64,000 bases of DNA, from assembly GCA_964434285.1 (NCBI GenBank), contig CAYSUJ010000001.1:104703-168702 (forward strand), written 5' to 3'. A program made the translations under genes and the position numbers. The notes beneath the pieces were generated by a model, which was given only the letters and a program-made list of their open reading frames with translations, did not search any database and was not told where the DNA came from. This stretch comes from an uncultured Candidatus Saccharibacteria bacterium. Its GTDB lineage: Bacteria > Patescibacteriota > Minisyncoccia > Phycocordibacterales > UBA2100. Below are positions 37,234-46,168 of the stretch, piece after piece. How positions within the stretch are numbered: the first letter of the stretch is position 1; every line of letters begins with the position of its first letter.

Positions 37234-37725
37234 CTATCCCCGAGCGAACGCGAGGCCGAGGAATGCGCCAAGTAGCCAGAAGAGACGGTAAGGTTCTGCA
37301 AAAAGGCCTGTAAACGGCTCTCCGAGCGACCATAGCGCATTGAGGGAGGGAGTGTGTACCCACGTCAAAATAAGGACCGAGGAAACGGCCGTTGCGGCAA
37401 GAAGAGACTGGATAGGTTCTCCTCTTCCGCTCTCGAAATGTTCGAGTCCCATGCGTCGCATGAGCATGTAAATAATCACGAATAGCGCCACGAATAGGAC
37501 AATTGGACCACGACCCTGCGCGATAAATGCCTGATCCTTAATGAATGCCGTTATTGGGATGAGGGTAGAGAGAAATGCTGCAAATGGGAGCGCGACCGCA
37601 AGAGCGGTCGCGCGAGCGGTGCCGCTTCGGAGAGAGTCGAGGACAATGATTACGAAAAATCCGCCAAGGATAAACCAATGTATTGGAAATGAATTTAACA
37701 GACCCTGTGCGGCAGAAAAATCCAT
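37234..37725 (-). CDS. Hypothetical integral membrane protein (~164 aa, 4-5 TM)
   Basis: Start chosen at MDFSAAQ. The longer ORF would overlap the dnaJ 3' end. Confidence 0.4.
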   Translation of the reverse strand: MDFSAAQGLLNSFPIHWFILGGFFVIIVLDSLRSGTARATALAVALPFAAFLSTLIPITAFIKDQAFIAQGRGPIVLFVALFVIIYMLMRRMGLEHFESGRGEPIQSLLAATAVSSVLILTWVHTPSLNALWSLGEPFTGLFAEPYRLFWLLGAFLGLAFARG

Positions 37726-37744
37726 CGCCCAAGTATACACCGCT

Positions 37745-38812
37745 CTAGAGACCTTCTTTTTGCAGGGTTTCAATTGCTGCTTTAGCAGCACGCGAGAGCT
37801 TCTTCGGAAATTCAATGTCAACGCGCACTAATAGATCGCCTCGATTTCCTCTACCATACGGCACGCCCTTGCCGCGCAAGCGGATGAGTTCACCATGAGT
37901 GACACCGGCGGGAATATCGATTTTGGTATCTCCCTCCAATGTGTTGAGGTTGTGCTCACCTCCGAGCAATGCCTCAGTTAGCTTAACCGAAAGTGCTGTT
38001 ACCAGATTGTTGCCCTCGCGCGCGAATAAGCGGTCTGGTTTTACGTGTACTTTCACATAAAGATCACCCGCAGGAGCGCCTGTCGCAGCTTCACCGCGTC
38101 CCGGCATCCGAATCATTTCGCCGTTTTCCATGCCCGCGGGTATAACCACGTGCACTTCTTCTTGCCGCTTAAGAACTCCTTCACCGCGACATACACTACA
38201 GTGTTCCTTGGGTACGTCCCCTCTTCCTTTGCAGGTCGGACAAGTGCGCGTTGAGGTGAAGGTGCCGAAGAATGTGCTCCGGGCCTCCTTCATGCTTCCC
38301 TTCCCCGCACACGCGCCACACTGCGTCATGCCTGCACCTTTCTTCGCGCCCGTACCTTCGCAGGTTTCGCATGCGCCGAGCTTCGTGATGAGCACCCGAC
38401 GCTCTGAACCGAATATTGCATCCTTGAAGGGGAGTTCGACGTCTATAGAAATGTCACGCCCTCTACGAGCGCGAGACTGGCCCCCGTTGAACACATCGCC
38501 AAAAATATCGCCAAGGTCAAATTCGAACGCCTGACCATTCTGAAAACCTTGAAAACCAGAAAAATCAAAGCCACCGAAGCCTTGCCCGAATGGGTTACCA
38601 CCGCCTGCTTGATACTGGCCAAATTGATCGTATTGCGCGCGCTTCTGTTTGTCGGAGAGCACCGCATACGCCTCGCTCACCTCCTTAAACTTCGCCTCGT
38701 CTCCCCCCTTCTTGTCGGGATGATACTTGTGCGCAAGAGAGCGGAACGCTTTCTTTATTTCGTCTTCACTTGCACTTTTTGCAACGCCGAGAATGGAATA
38801 GTAATCCTTCAT
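37745..38812 (-). CDS. dnaJ: Molecular chaperone DnaJ
   Basis: J-domain with HPD (KYHPDKKGG), G/F-rich linker, four CxxCxGxG zinc-finger repeats. Confidence 0.95.
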   Translation of the reverse strand: MKDYYSILGVAKSASEDEIKKAFRSLAHKYHPDKKGGDEAKFKEVSEAYAVLSDKQKRAQYDQFGQYQAGGGNPFGQGFGGFDFSGFQGFQNGQAFEFDLGDIFGDVFNGGQSRARRGRDISIDVELPFKDAIFGSERRVLITKLGACETCEGTGAKKGAGMTQCGACAGKGSMKEARSTFFGTFTSTRTCPTCKGRGDVPKEHCSVCRGEGVLKRQEEVHVVIPAGMENGEMIRMPGRGEAATGAPAGDLYVKVHVKPDRLFAREGNNLVTALSVKLTEALLGGEHNLNTLEGDTKIDIPAGVTHGELIRLRGKGVPYGRGNRGDLLVRVDIEFPKKLSRAAKAAIETLQKEGL

Positions 38813-38861
38813 GAGAGGTCATTATAGTCACCCGCACGTGCAGAGCAAGCCTGCGTGAACC

Positions 38862-40709
38862 CTAAGAGTTTTGAGTACCTTCTTCGGGCGGTTTCTGCTC
38901 AGAGGTTGATTGTTTCTGCATCGCTTCTCCGATAGCACTCATCGCACTTGAGACCGCCTCTGAAGCTGAACTGATAGTAGTAACATCTGTTCCAGTGCGC
39001 GCATTTTTGAGTGCATCGATTTTTTCCTGCACATTCTTGCGGATATCCTCACTCACTTTCTCTCCATGGTCTTTGAGGGCCTTTTCGGCTGCATAGACCG
39101 TATGGTCCGCAGCATTTTGTGCCTCGATAAGTTCGCGCTTCTGTTTGTCGCTCTCGGCGTTAGCCTCTGCTTCTGCGCGCATCTTTTCAATATCAGTGTC
39201 AGTAAGCCCTGAACGCTGCTCAATGCGTATGGACTGCTCTTTTCCGCTCGTCTTATCTTTTGCTTTCACCGAGAGGATTCCGTTCGCATCGATGTCGAAG
39301 GTAACCTCAACCTGCGGTGTACCGCGCGGAGCCGGTGGAATGCCATCGAGATTAAACTTTCCGAGCGATTTATTATCCGCAGCCATCGGGCGTTCACCCT
39401 GTACCACATGGATCTCTACCGACGGCTGATTGTCTGCGGCGGTGGAAAATACTTGAGATTTTGAGGTTGGAATTGTGGTATTCCGCTCGATAAGCTTGGT
39501 TGCAACGCCGCCCAAAGTCTCAATCCCGAGTGAAAGTGGAATGACGTCAAGAAGAAGCACGTCTTTCACATCGCCTTGGAGGATTCCTCCCTGAATTGCA
39601 GCACCGAGTGCTACAACTTCGTCCGGATTTACGCTCATGTTTGGCTTCTTGCCAAAGAATTTCTCCACAGCGCCCTGGATAGCAGGCATACGTGTCTGAC
39701 CACCGACAAGAATCACTTCGTTGATATCGCCGACTTTGAAGGGAGATGCCTCCATTGCGCGCTTGGTGATTTCCATTGCACGCGTGACAAACTCTTCAGT
39801 GAGCTCTTCGAGCTTCGCCCGCGAGAGTTTCAGGAGAAGGTGACGTGGGCCTGAAGCATCAGACGTGATGAAAGGAATGTTGATTTCTGTTTCCACTGCG
39901 CTTGAGAGTTCAATCTTTGCCTTTTCTGCGGCTTCATCGAGACGTTGGCGCGCGAGAGGATCCTTACGGACGTCGATACCGCTCTCTTTCAAGAATTCCT
40001 CGGCGATCCAATTGATGATCTTCTGGTCAAGATCCTTGCCCCCGAGGTGCGCGTCGCCGTCTGTTGAGCGGACCTCAATCACATCGTCCCCCACCTCAAG
40101 AACAGAAACGTCGAAGGTACCGCCGCCGAAGTCGAACACTGCGATTTTCTCGTTTTTCTTCTTATTAAATCCGTAGGCAAGCGCTGCTGCTGTCGGCTCG
40201 TTGATAATGCGCTTCACTTCAAGACCCGCGATCTTTCCCGCGTCTTTAGTCGCGGCGCGTTGTGCGTCGTTGAAATATGCTGGCACGGTGATAACCGCCT
40301 CAGTGATGGTTTCGCCCAAGCGCGCTTCCGCATCTCGTTTCAGTTTCTGGAGGATCATCGCGGAAATCTCCTCAGGAGAGTGCCATGAATCTCCCATCTG
40401 CACCTCGATACCGCCGTTCTGCGATTTACGCATTTCAAAAGGCACTGCAGCCTTGTCTTTCTGGACATTGGCCTCATCGAACGTGTGACCAATGAAGCGC
40501 TTTATCTGATAAATCGTGTTCTTGGGGTTCGTGACCGCCTGGCGCTTAGCGAGGAGACCGACGGAGCGTTCGTTGGTTTTAGAGAGTGCGACGATAGAAG
40601 GAGTGGTGCGTGCGCCTTCTGCGTTCTCAAGGATGACGGGTTCACCGCCTTGCACCACAGCCATGGCCGAATTAGTAGTTCCGAGATCAATTCCGAGTAT
40701 TTTTGCCAT
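38862..40709 (-). CDS. dnaK: Molecular chaperone DnaK (Hsp70)
   Basis: [18 protein letters not shown]..., [10 protein letters not shown]. The ORF-track N-terminal extension is translation of the upstream REP palindrome. Confidence 0.95.
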   Translation of the reverse strand: MAKILGIDLGTTNSAMAVVQGGEPVILENAEGARTTPSIVALSKTNERSVGLLAKRQAVTNPKNTIYQIKRFIGHTFDEANVQKDKAAVPFEMRKSQNGGIEVQMGDSWHSPEEISAMILQKLKRDAEARLGETITEAVITVPAYFNDAQRAATKDAGKIAGLEVKRIINEPTAAALAYGFNKKKNEKIAVFDFGGGTFDVSVLEVGDDVIEVRSTDGDAHLGGKDLDQKIINWIAEEFLKESGIDVRKDPLARQRLDEAAEKAKIELSSAVETEINIPFITSDASGPRHLLLKLSRAKLEELTEEFVTRAMEITKRAMEASPFKVGDINEVILVGGQTRMPAIQGAVEKFFGKKPNMSVNPDEVVALGAAIQGGILQGDVKDVLLLDVIPLSLGIETLGGVATKLIERNTTIPTSKSQVFSTAADNQPSVEIHVVQGERPMAADNKSLGKFNLDGIPPAPRGTPQVEVTFDIDANGILSVKAKDKTSGKEQSIRIEQRSGLTDTDIEKMRAEAEANAESDKQKRELIEAQNAADHTVYAAEKALKDHGEKVSEDIRKNVQEKIDALKNARTGTDVTTISSASEAVSSAMSAIGEAMQKQSTSEQKPPEEGTQNS

Positions 40710-40761
40710 ACTTTTCCATTTTACGAGTAATTTTTTGCTAATTATATTCCCGTCTTTGATT

Positions 40762-40784
40762 TTGGCAAGGTCTGACCTTGCCAA
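40762..40784. repeat. REP-like perfect palindrome TTGGCAAGGTCtGACCTTGCCAA (copy 1)
   Basis: 23-nt palindrome immediately downstream of the RAYT stop and ~50 nt upstream of the dnaK start. Confidence 0.7.
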
Positions 40785-40793
40785 ACCGCTATC

Positions 40794-41504
40794 TCACCCC
40801 AGCCAAAGCTCTTTAGAGAGCTTTTTTTCAAGACTACCCTCCGCAACTTCCTGCGCAAACTCTCGAAATCCCTGACGATCACCAAAAATTTCTCGAAGAA
40901 GATCGCTATCAAGGAGTCCGGAGGCCCGCGCACCTGTGTACGAGCCAAGACTTGAAAAAGGATCTTGAAGTGCCCAGTCAAACGCATTATCAAACTCATT
41001 CATCGCCTTACGATAACCACCTGGGTATCGTTCCAGCGGGTTCTTGACTTGAATATACGCCGCAAGATATTCAAGATATTCATCTGAATCCACGGTGCGC
41101 GATCGATATGCGCCCTGAAAGATGGTGCCGCGCTCATTGTATTTCGTATTGAAGTACATAGACATGCTTGTGCAAAGTTTTTGCATAAATTTGCTGACAC
41201 CCCCTTCGCGAGTCTCTTGCACCAGCAGATGAAAATGGTTATCCATAAGGCAATACGCAAGTATGGCGGTATAAGGCTTTTGTTCCCCCCAAGAATCCGG
41301 GCGCTTAAAACCCTCTCTTATATGCTGGGGGGTAATATCTCGGTCCCAATGTTGAGGAGCGTTTTCGTCGTTCAGATAACGTAAGAGACGTAGAAAGCGC
41401 CATTTATCGGATTCATCACGAACGATGTTCATACCTCGCGCACCGCGCTTAACGATGTGTACATATGAACCCACGGTAAATGGCTCCTTCCTCATTTGAC
41501 GCAT
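40794..41504 (-). CDS. REP-associated tyrosine transposase (RAYT; IS200/IS605-like Y1 HUH transposase)
   Basis: HUH motif YCLMDNHFHLLVQE. Catalytic Tyr region EYLAAYIQVKNPLE. Perfect SD AAGGAG 6 nt upstream of the ATG at 41502-41504. Flanked by inverted copies of the same palindrome. Confidence 0.75.
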   Translation of the reverse strand: MRQMRKEPFTVGSYVHIVKRGARGMNIVRDESDKWRFLRLLRYLNDENAPQHWDRDITPQHIREGFKRPDSWGEQKPYTAILAYCLMDNHFHLLVQETREGGVSKFMQKLCTSMSMYFNTKYNERGTIFQGAYRSRTVDSDEYLEYLAAYIQVKNPLERYPGGYRKAMNEFDNAFDWALQDPFSSLGSYTGARASGLLDSDLLREIFGDRQGFREFAQEVAEGSLEKKLSKELWLG

Positions 41505-41523
41505 ATTATCTCCTTTCATGTGC

Positions 41524-41546
41524 TTGGCAAGGTCAGACCTTGCCAA
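41524..41546. repeat. REP-like perfect palindrome TTGGCAAGGTCaGACCTTGCCAA (copy 2)
   Basis: Same palindrome as copy 1 in inverted orientation. Confidence 0.7.
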
Positions 41547-41550
41547 AACG

Positions 41551-41627
41551 ATCGACCAGATCGACCAGACCAGACCAAATCAGATGGACCGAACCAACTG
41601 CAACTTGATCAACCGGATCGACCAAAA
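41551..41627. repeat. Degenerate A/C-rich tandem repeats built on GACCA/GATCGACCA
   Basis: atcGACCAGatcGACCAGaccaGACCAaatcagatgGACCgaaccaa...ggatcGACCAaaac, between REP copy 2 and the grpE stop. Confidence 0.45.
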
Positions 41628-42158
41628 CTACGCACCAACGACGACTTGTGCTGGGCGGAGTATGCGGTTACCCGAGCAATATCCGCGGCGGATGATACGT
41701 ACGATCACGCCCGCCTCCCCTTCTGCTTCTTGTATAGCCTCGTGAATGTTCGCATCAAACACCTCTCCGCTTTTGCCGAATGCTGAAATGCCGTGAGATT
41801 CGAGGACTGAGAGGAGTTGTGCATGAATGCCCTCCACTCCAGAACGCCACACTGGGTCAACCGTGCCCCAAGCTTCTCCCTGCATTGCCATATCAAAACT
41901 GTCGAGCGCAGGGATGAGTTCTTCTACGAACGATTCCTTACCAAATGCGCGCGCGCGAATAAGCGCATCAGTCAATTCTTTTTTCGCGTTCACTGTGTCA
42001 GCTTTACAGCGCTGCCAGCCATCCAAGTATTCATCTCGTTCTCTTTTAATCACCGAGAGTTCGTCGCGAAGTTTCGAAAGTTTTGCTTTTGCAGAGCCAA
42101 TATCCCCGAATTCATCTTCGGGTTCGAAATCGAATTCCACATCGGGGACGGCACACAT
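41628..42158 (-). CDS. grpE: Nucleotide exchange factor GrpE
   Basis: Coiled-coil N-terminus (LSKLRDELSVIKRERDEYLDGWQRCKAD). C-terminal GrpE beta-domain (GEVFDANIHEAIQEAEGEAGVIVRIIRRGY). Confidence 0.85.
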   Translation of the reverse strand: MCAVPDVEFDFEPEDEFGDIGSAKAKLSKLRDELSVIKRERDEYLDGWQRCKADTVNAKKELTDALIRARAFGKESFVEELIPALDSFDMAMQGEAWGTVDPVWRSGVEGIHAQLLSVLESHGISAFGKSGEVFDANIHEAIQEAEGEAGVIVRIIRRGYCSGNRILRPAQVVVGA

Positions 42159-42177
42159 ACGGAGCGAGTATAGCACT

Positions 42178-42211
42178 AAAACAAAAACCCCCGAAAGGGG
42201 GTCTTGTTTTT
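42178..42211 (-). terminator. Rho-independent terminator after rpsI
   Basis: Minus strand: AAAACAAGACCCCC-uuuc-GGGGGUUUUUGUUUU. Confidence 0.6.
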
Positions 42212-42602
42212 AGCGCTTGCTCCACTGGGGTGCGCGACGTGCCGCTTTGAGGCCGAACTTCTTGCGCTCTTTTGCGCGCGGATCGCGCTTCAAGTAGCCT
42301 TGGACCTTTAAATCCTTGCGGTAGGCGGATTCCATCTCAATAAGTGCGCGAGAAATCCCATGACGAACCGCTTCAGCTTGTGCCTTAAGTCCACCACCCT
42401 TCACAATTGCGGTAACCGTATATGCGCCGCCAATCGTCTTGAACGGAGCGTGGATAGTTTCGTTCATGATGGAGACGGGGAAGTAGTCGGATGCATTACG
42501 ATCATTCACGGTGATCGAGGTAGATTTTGCGGTTGCAAGACGAACGCGTGCGGATGCGGTTTTGCGGCGACCAACTGCCTCGATGTATTTCTTTTCTGCC
42601 AT
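42210..42602 (-). CDS. rpsI: 30S ribosomal protein S9
   Basis: ...[19 protein letters not shown]...[25 protein letters not shown]. Confidence 0.92.
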   Translation of the reverse strand: MAEKKYIEAVGRRKTASARVRLATAKSTSITVNDRNASDYFPVSIMNETIHAPFKTIGGAYTVTAIVKGGGLKAQAEAVRHGISRALIEMESAYRKDLKVQGYLKRDPRAKERKKFGLKAARRAPQWSKR

Positions 42603-42608
42603 ATAAAT

Positions 42609-42962
42609 TTATTCGGTTATGGAAAGACGTTTTAAGCGGCCAACTTTCATCGTGTTACGTGGAAGCATGCGCTCAACTGCCTTGCGAACAGCAGCACCCT
42701 TACCTTTTCCGCCGATAAGCGAGCCCAACGATTCTACTTTCAAGCCACCTGGGTGACCAGAATACTTGGTGTAGGTCTTCTGGAGGCGCTTCTTCTCGGT
42801 GGTGCGGATTTTACCGGCATTCGTAACAGATACGGTTACCTGAGAAGGAATGTGCGGCGTGTAATCAGCAAAGGTCTTGCCCATCAGTGCTTTTGCCGCT
42901 TCCGCAGCAACGCGGCCGATAGTCATACCTGATGCGTCGATAGTGTAGTTCTTCTGGGTCAT
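42609..42962 (-). CDS. rplM: 50S ribosomal protein L13
   Basis: MTQKNYTIDASGMTIGRVAAEAAKALMGK. Start chosen at the internal Met matching the L13 N-terminus. Confidence 0.88.
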   Translation of the reverse strand: MTQKNYTIDASGMTIGRVAAEAAKALMGKTFADYTPHIPSQVTVSVTNAGKIRTTEKKRLQKTYTKYSGHPGGLKVESLGSLIGGKGKGAAVRKAVERMLPRNTMKVGRLKRLSITE

Positions 42963-42966
42963 AGAA

Positions 42967-43320
42967 TTAAGAAACAAACTCGATGCGTGCCATTTCGGCA
43001 ACACGTTTACCAATGCGGCCAAGCTTTACGATGCGTGTGTACCCACCGGCGCGCGCAGCATAGCGCGGCGCGAGGGTATCATGCAACTTCTTCACCGCCT
43101 CTGGAGAACGGAGGCGTGTGGAAACGGTGCGACGTGATGCAACGGTGTTTGCCTTGCTTGCAGTGACGAGACGTTCGACAAACGGACGAATCTCCTTCGC
43201 TTTGGCGATAGTTGTGGTGATGCCTTCTTCAAGCACCAATGAGCGCGCAAGGGAGCGGATGAGTGCCTCTCGTCCTGCTTTATCCCTATTGAATGTGCGT
43301 CGTTTTTTGTGGTGCTGCAT
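42967..43320 (-). CDS. rplQ: 50S ribosomal protein L17
   Basis: MQHHKKRRTFNRDKAGREALIRSLARSLV. Confidence 0.9.
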   Translation of the reverse strand: MQHHKKRRTFNRDKAGREALIRSLARSLVLEEGITTTIAKAKEIRPFVERLVTASKANTVASRRTVSTRLRSPEAVKKLHDTLAPRYAARAGGYTRIVKLGRIGKRVAEMARIEFVS

Positions 43321-43328
43321 AGGCGTGT

Positions 43329-44291
43329 TTACTGGGAACGGAGTGTAAGGCCCATATTAGAGAGTCCACGCTTGATATCCTGCAAGCCCTTTTGGCCGAG
43401 ACCCTCGATAGCAAGCAGATCATCTTCACGCTTTCGAACGAGACCGCCCACTGTGCGAATCGAGGCGTTATCAAGCGCCTGCTCGACGCGCGGTGGGAGA
43501 TTGAGTTCGGTGATACGAATTTTAAGTGTTTCTGCATCAGTTGCCTTCTCGTCACGACGAGCAGGTGCCTCCTCCTGCACTTCCTCCTCCACAACCTCTT
43601 CTTCCTTAAAGCCCACGACAGCGCGGAGTTGGTGGATCATGGTTTCGATCGATTTCTCAAGTGCCTCGCGCGGCGTCATCGTGCCGTCAGTTTCGATGAC
43701 AAGGCGGAGGCGGTTGAAATCGGTGCGATCGCCAACACGCATATTTTCGACTTCGTAGTTCACGCGGCGGATCGGGCTGAAGATGGCGTCAAGTGCGATC
43801 GTGCCAATATCAACGCGCTCTTTCTGATGCACCTCCTTTGGTACGTAACCGAGACCGCGCTCAACATTAACCTCCATCTCGAGCGTCGTCTTTCCAGTGA
43901 TCTCTGCAATCGGCTGCTCCGGATTCAGAATTTCAACCTGGCCGGGAAGCTTAAAATCTGCAGCCGTGACAGTTGCGGGACCCTTGACGGAGAGTGTAAG
44001 CGTCTGCGGCTCATCAGTTGAAAGCTTGAGACGCATGCGACGTACTTGAAGAAGAAGTGTGACCACATCCTCCTTCACACCCTCGATGGTTGAAAATTCA
44101 TGAGCTACACCAGGAATCTTGACTGATGTGATTGCAGCGCCAGGTAGTGAGGAAAGAATGATGCGACGAAGTGAATTGCCAAGCGTGTAGCCGTAACCCG
44201 GGTACAAGCCGTCAATCTCATAAGTGCCACTGCGATCCTCTTCAGAAACAACGCGGGGCTTTGAAGGAAGTGCGATGTGATAATCGAGCAT
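43329..44291 (-). CDS. rpoA: DNA-directed RNA polymerase subunit alpha
   Basis: N-terminal dimerisation domain (EIDGLYPGYGYTLGNSLRRIILSSLPGAAI) and C-terminal alphaCTD. Confidence 0.92.
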   Translation of the reverse strand: MLDYHIALPSKPRVVSEEDRSGTYEIDGLYPGYGYTLGNSLRRIILSSLPGAAITSVKIPGVAHEFSTIEGVKEDVVTLLLQVRRMRLKLSTDEPQTLTLSVKGPATVTAADFKLPGQVEILNPEQPIAEITGKTTLEMEVNVERGLGYVPKEVHQKERVDIGTIALDAIFSPIRRVNYEVENMRVGDRTDFNRLRLVIETDGTMTPREALEKSIETMIHQLRAVVGFKEEEVVEEEVQEEAPARRDEKATDAETLKIRITELNLPPRVEQALDNASIRTVGGLVRKREDDLLAIEGLGQKGLQDIKRGLSNMGLTLRSQ

Positions 44292-44335
44292 ATAAAAATG
44301 GGCGACCTAGTAAAGCGCTTAGAAATAATATACCA

Positions 44336-44944
44336 CTATCTGCTATAGAACTCAAATACCGCCGGATAGTCGAGGGGGATTTCTGAAGCGACGTACGTCG
44401 GCTCCCCTTCGACCTTGGCGATCATCATCGGGAAATCGACATCGAGCCACTTTGCAACAGGAATAGTGCCGTCCGGCTCTCCCATGTGCCCGAAAAGAGG
44501 GCTCGTGCGAGAACCTTCGCGAACAGTTATGGTGTCACCCTTTTTTACTGCGTACGACGGGATCGTCACGCGAGTGCCATTCACCATAAGGTGGCCGTGG
44601 GAAACCATCTGACGGGCAGCGCGACGTGTTTTAGCGAAACCAGCGCGATATGCAGCGTTATCCAGGCGCATTTCAAGTGCTTTGTGCAAACTCTCCGGCG
44701 GCTGCGCTGTTTCAAACGCTTCTGCAGCGTAGTTTGAGAGCTGACGCTCCCCGAGGCCATAGGTAAAGCGAACTTTCTGCTTCTCCAAAAGCTGGCGGCC
44801 GAAATCGGAGCGCGAACCGCCGCGACCGCGCTTTTTCATGCCTGCACGAGCTTCAGAGAGTGCAAACTTTTGTGATTGGGTCTTTTCGAAAATAGCGGCA
44901 CCAAGGCGCTTTGCAATTTTATATTTGGATTTGATTTGCAACAT
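44336..44944 (-). CDS. rpsD: 30S ribosomal protein S4
   Basis: MLQIKSKYKIAKRLG... S4 domain (GHLMVNGTRVTIPSYAVKKGD). Confidence 0.92.
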   Translation of the reverse strand: MLQIKSKYKIAKRLGAAIFEKTQSQKFALSEARAGMKKRGRGGSRSDFGRQLLEKQKVRFTYGLGERQLSNYAAEAFETAQPPESLHKALEMRLDNAAYRAGFAKTRRAARQMVSHGHLMVNGTRVTIPSYAVKKGDTITVREGSRTSPLFGHMGEPDGTIPVAKWLDVDFPMMIAKVEGEPTYVASEIPLDYPAVFEFYSR

Positions 44945-44952
44945 ACAGAAAA

Positions 44953-45387
44953 TTAAATGCGACGAGCTTTGCGAGGACGAGGGCCATTGTGCGGAACGGG
45001 TGTGTCGTCCGCAATGCGACTCACCTCAATTCCCTTCCCTACGAATCCGCGAAGTGCGGATTCACGTCCGGCACCAACCCCACGAATAACGACATCAACC
45101 TCTTTTACACCCATAAGAACCGCCTTGTCTCCAATGAGCTCCCCAACTTTAGCCGCAGCGAAGGGTGTTCCCTTCTTTGCCCCACTGAATCCTAGTGCAC
45201 CCGAAGATGACCATGCAGCTGCATTACCCTCCTTATCGGTGAGAAGGACCTGGGTGTTGTTATAGGTAGCGTGAATATGGAGCGTCCCCGCGAGAAGCGA
45301 GCGCTTTGAGGTGCGCGCGAGCGAGCGTGACTTGAGTCCTTGATCAACACTCCCTCCTGATTTACGAATGATTCGTTTCTTTCCCAT
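44953..45387 (-). CDS. rpsK: 30S ribosomal protein S11
   Basis: ...LHIHATYNNTQVLLTDKEGNAAAWSSSG...PVPHNGPRPRKARRI. Confidence 0.92.
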   Translation of the reverse strand: MGKKRIIRKSGGSVDQGLKSRSLARTSKRSLLAGTLHIHATYNNTQVLLTDKEGNAAAWSSSGALGFSGAKKGTPFAAAKVGELIGDKAVLMGVKEVDVVIRGVGAGRESALRGFVGKGIEVSRIADDTPVPHNGPRPRKARRI

Positions 45388-45393
45388 AGTGGT

Positions 45394-45777
45394 TTATGTT
45401 TTCTCCAGCTTACGACGGCCGGATGTCATTGTTTTGCGGACGTTGCCGCGGACAGTGCGTGAATTAGTTTTAGATGTCTGGCCTCGAACCGGAAGTTTCT
45501 TCATGTGACGAACTCCTCGATATGCCTTGATGTCTTTCAGGCGGCGGATGTTCGCAGAAATCGTGCGACGAAGCTCCCCCTCTACCGTGAAAGCCTCGAG
45601 AGCTTCGCGGAGAGCGGCTTCATCCTTTGCAGAAAGTGCCTCTGCCGTTGCGCCATGGTCAATACCTAGCTTCGTCAAGGTCTCTTTCGCGCGTGGGCGA
45701 CCGACGCCATAAATAGCAGTCAGAGCGACCTCAAGGCGCTTTTTTTCTGGAATAGTGATACCGGCGATACGAAGCAT
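45394..45777 (-). CDS. rpsM: 30S ribosomal protein S13
   Basis: MLRIAGITIPEKKRLEVALTAIYGVG. Confidence 0.9.
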   Translation of the reverse strand: MLRIAGITIPEKKRLEVALTAIYGVGRPRAKETLTKLGIDHGATAEALSAKDEAALREALEAFTVEGELRRTISANIRRLKDIKAYRGVRHMKKLPVRGQTSKTNSRTVRGNVRKTMTSGRRKLEKT

Positions 45778-45781
45778 AAAA

Positions 45782-45895
45782 TTATCCTTGGCGTTGTTTA
45801 TGACGCGGATTCTCACAGATAACCCACAAAGCACCGCGCCTTCGCACGTGCTTGCACTTCAAGCAAATCTTTTTTACAGAAGCCTTTACTTTCAT
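45782..45895 (-). CDS. rpmJ: 50S ribosomal protein L36
   Basis: Hand-translated: [37 protein letters not shown] (37 aa). Absent from the ORF track (too short). Confidence 0.85.
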   Translation of the reverse strand: MKVKASVKKICLKCKHVRRRGALWVICENPRHKQRQG

Positions 45896-45917
45896 GGTTA
45901 GTCGTTCAGATACGCTA

Positions 45918-46124
45918 CTAGAAGCGTCGCGTGATGCGAGCTCGCCCGCCATAGGGATCAAGTTGGAGAGAAACTTTATCTCCGACTAGCACCTTGATAC
46001 GATGCAAGCGCATCTTGCCTGCAAGATACGCGAGCTGAGTATCACCCGACGGGAGTTTGACCCGGAACAGCGTATTAGGAAGCGCCTCCTCGACGACTCC
46101 TTCAACGATTTCAGGTTCCCCCAT
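45918..46124 (-). CDS. infA: Translation initiation factor IF-1
   Basis: ...[33 protein letters not shown]. Confidence 0.9.
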   Translation of the reverse strand: MGEPEIVEGVVEEALPNTLFRVKLPSGDTQLAYLAGKMRLHRIKVLVGDKVSLQLDPYGGRARITRRF

Positions 46125-46168
46125 ATCTGCGCTTCGTATATTATCAGTCCTAACTGCTTACGTCAATA

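Larger units (their letters stand above)
40762..41546. mobile_element. REP-RAYT-REP unit inserted between grpE and dnaK
   Basis: Identical 23-nt palindromes at 40762-40784 and 41524-41546 differ only at the central base (t vs a), meaning inverted orientation. They flank the HUH transposase gene. Confidence 0.65.

Noticed and set aside
40709-40784. N-terminal extensions MARSDLAK... on the dnaK and RAYT ORFs, plus short + strand ORFs 41518..41745 and 40516..40875 containing ARSDLAK
   Set aside because: These are translations of the TTGGCAAGGTCAGACCTTGCCAA palindrome in different frames (start TTG). Real starts are the downstream ATGs with SD sequences.
41817-42213. Plus-strand ORFs antisense to grpE
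   Set aside because: grpE on the minus strand has clear homology; the plus-strand ORFs do not.
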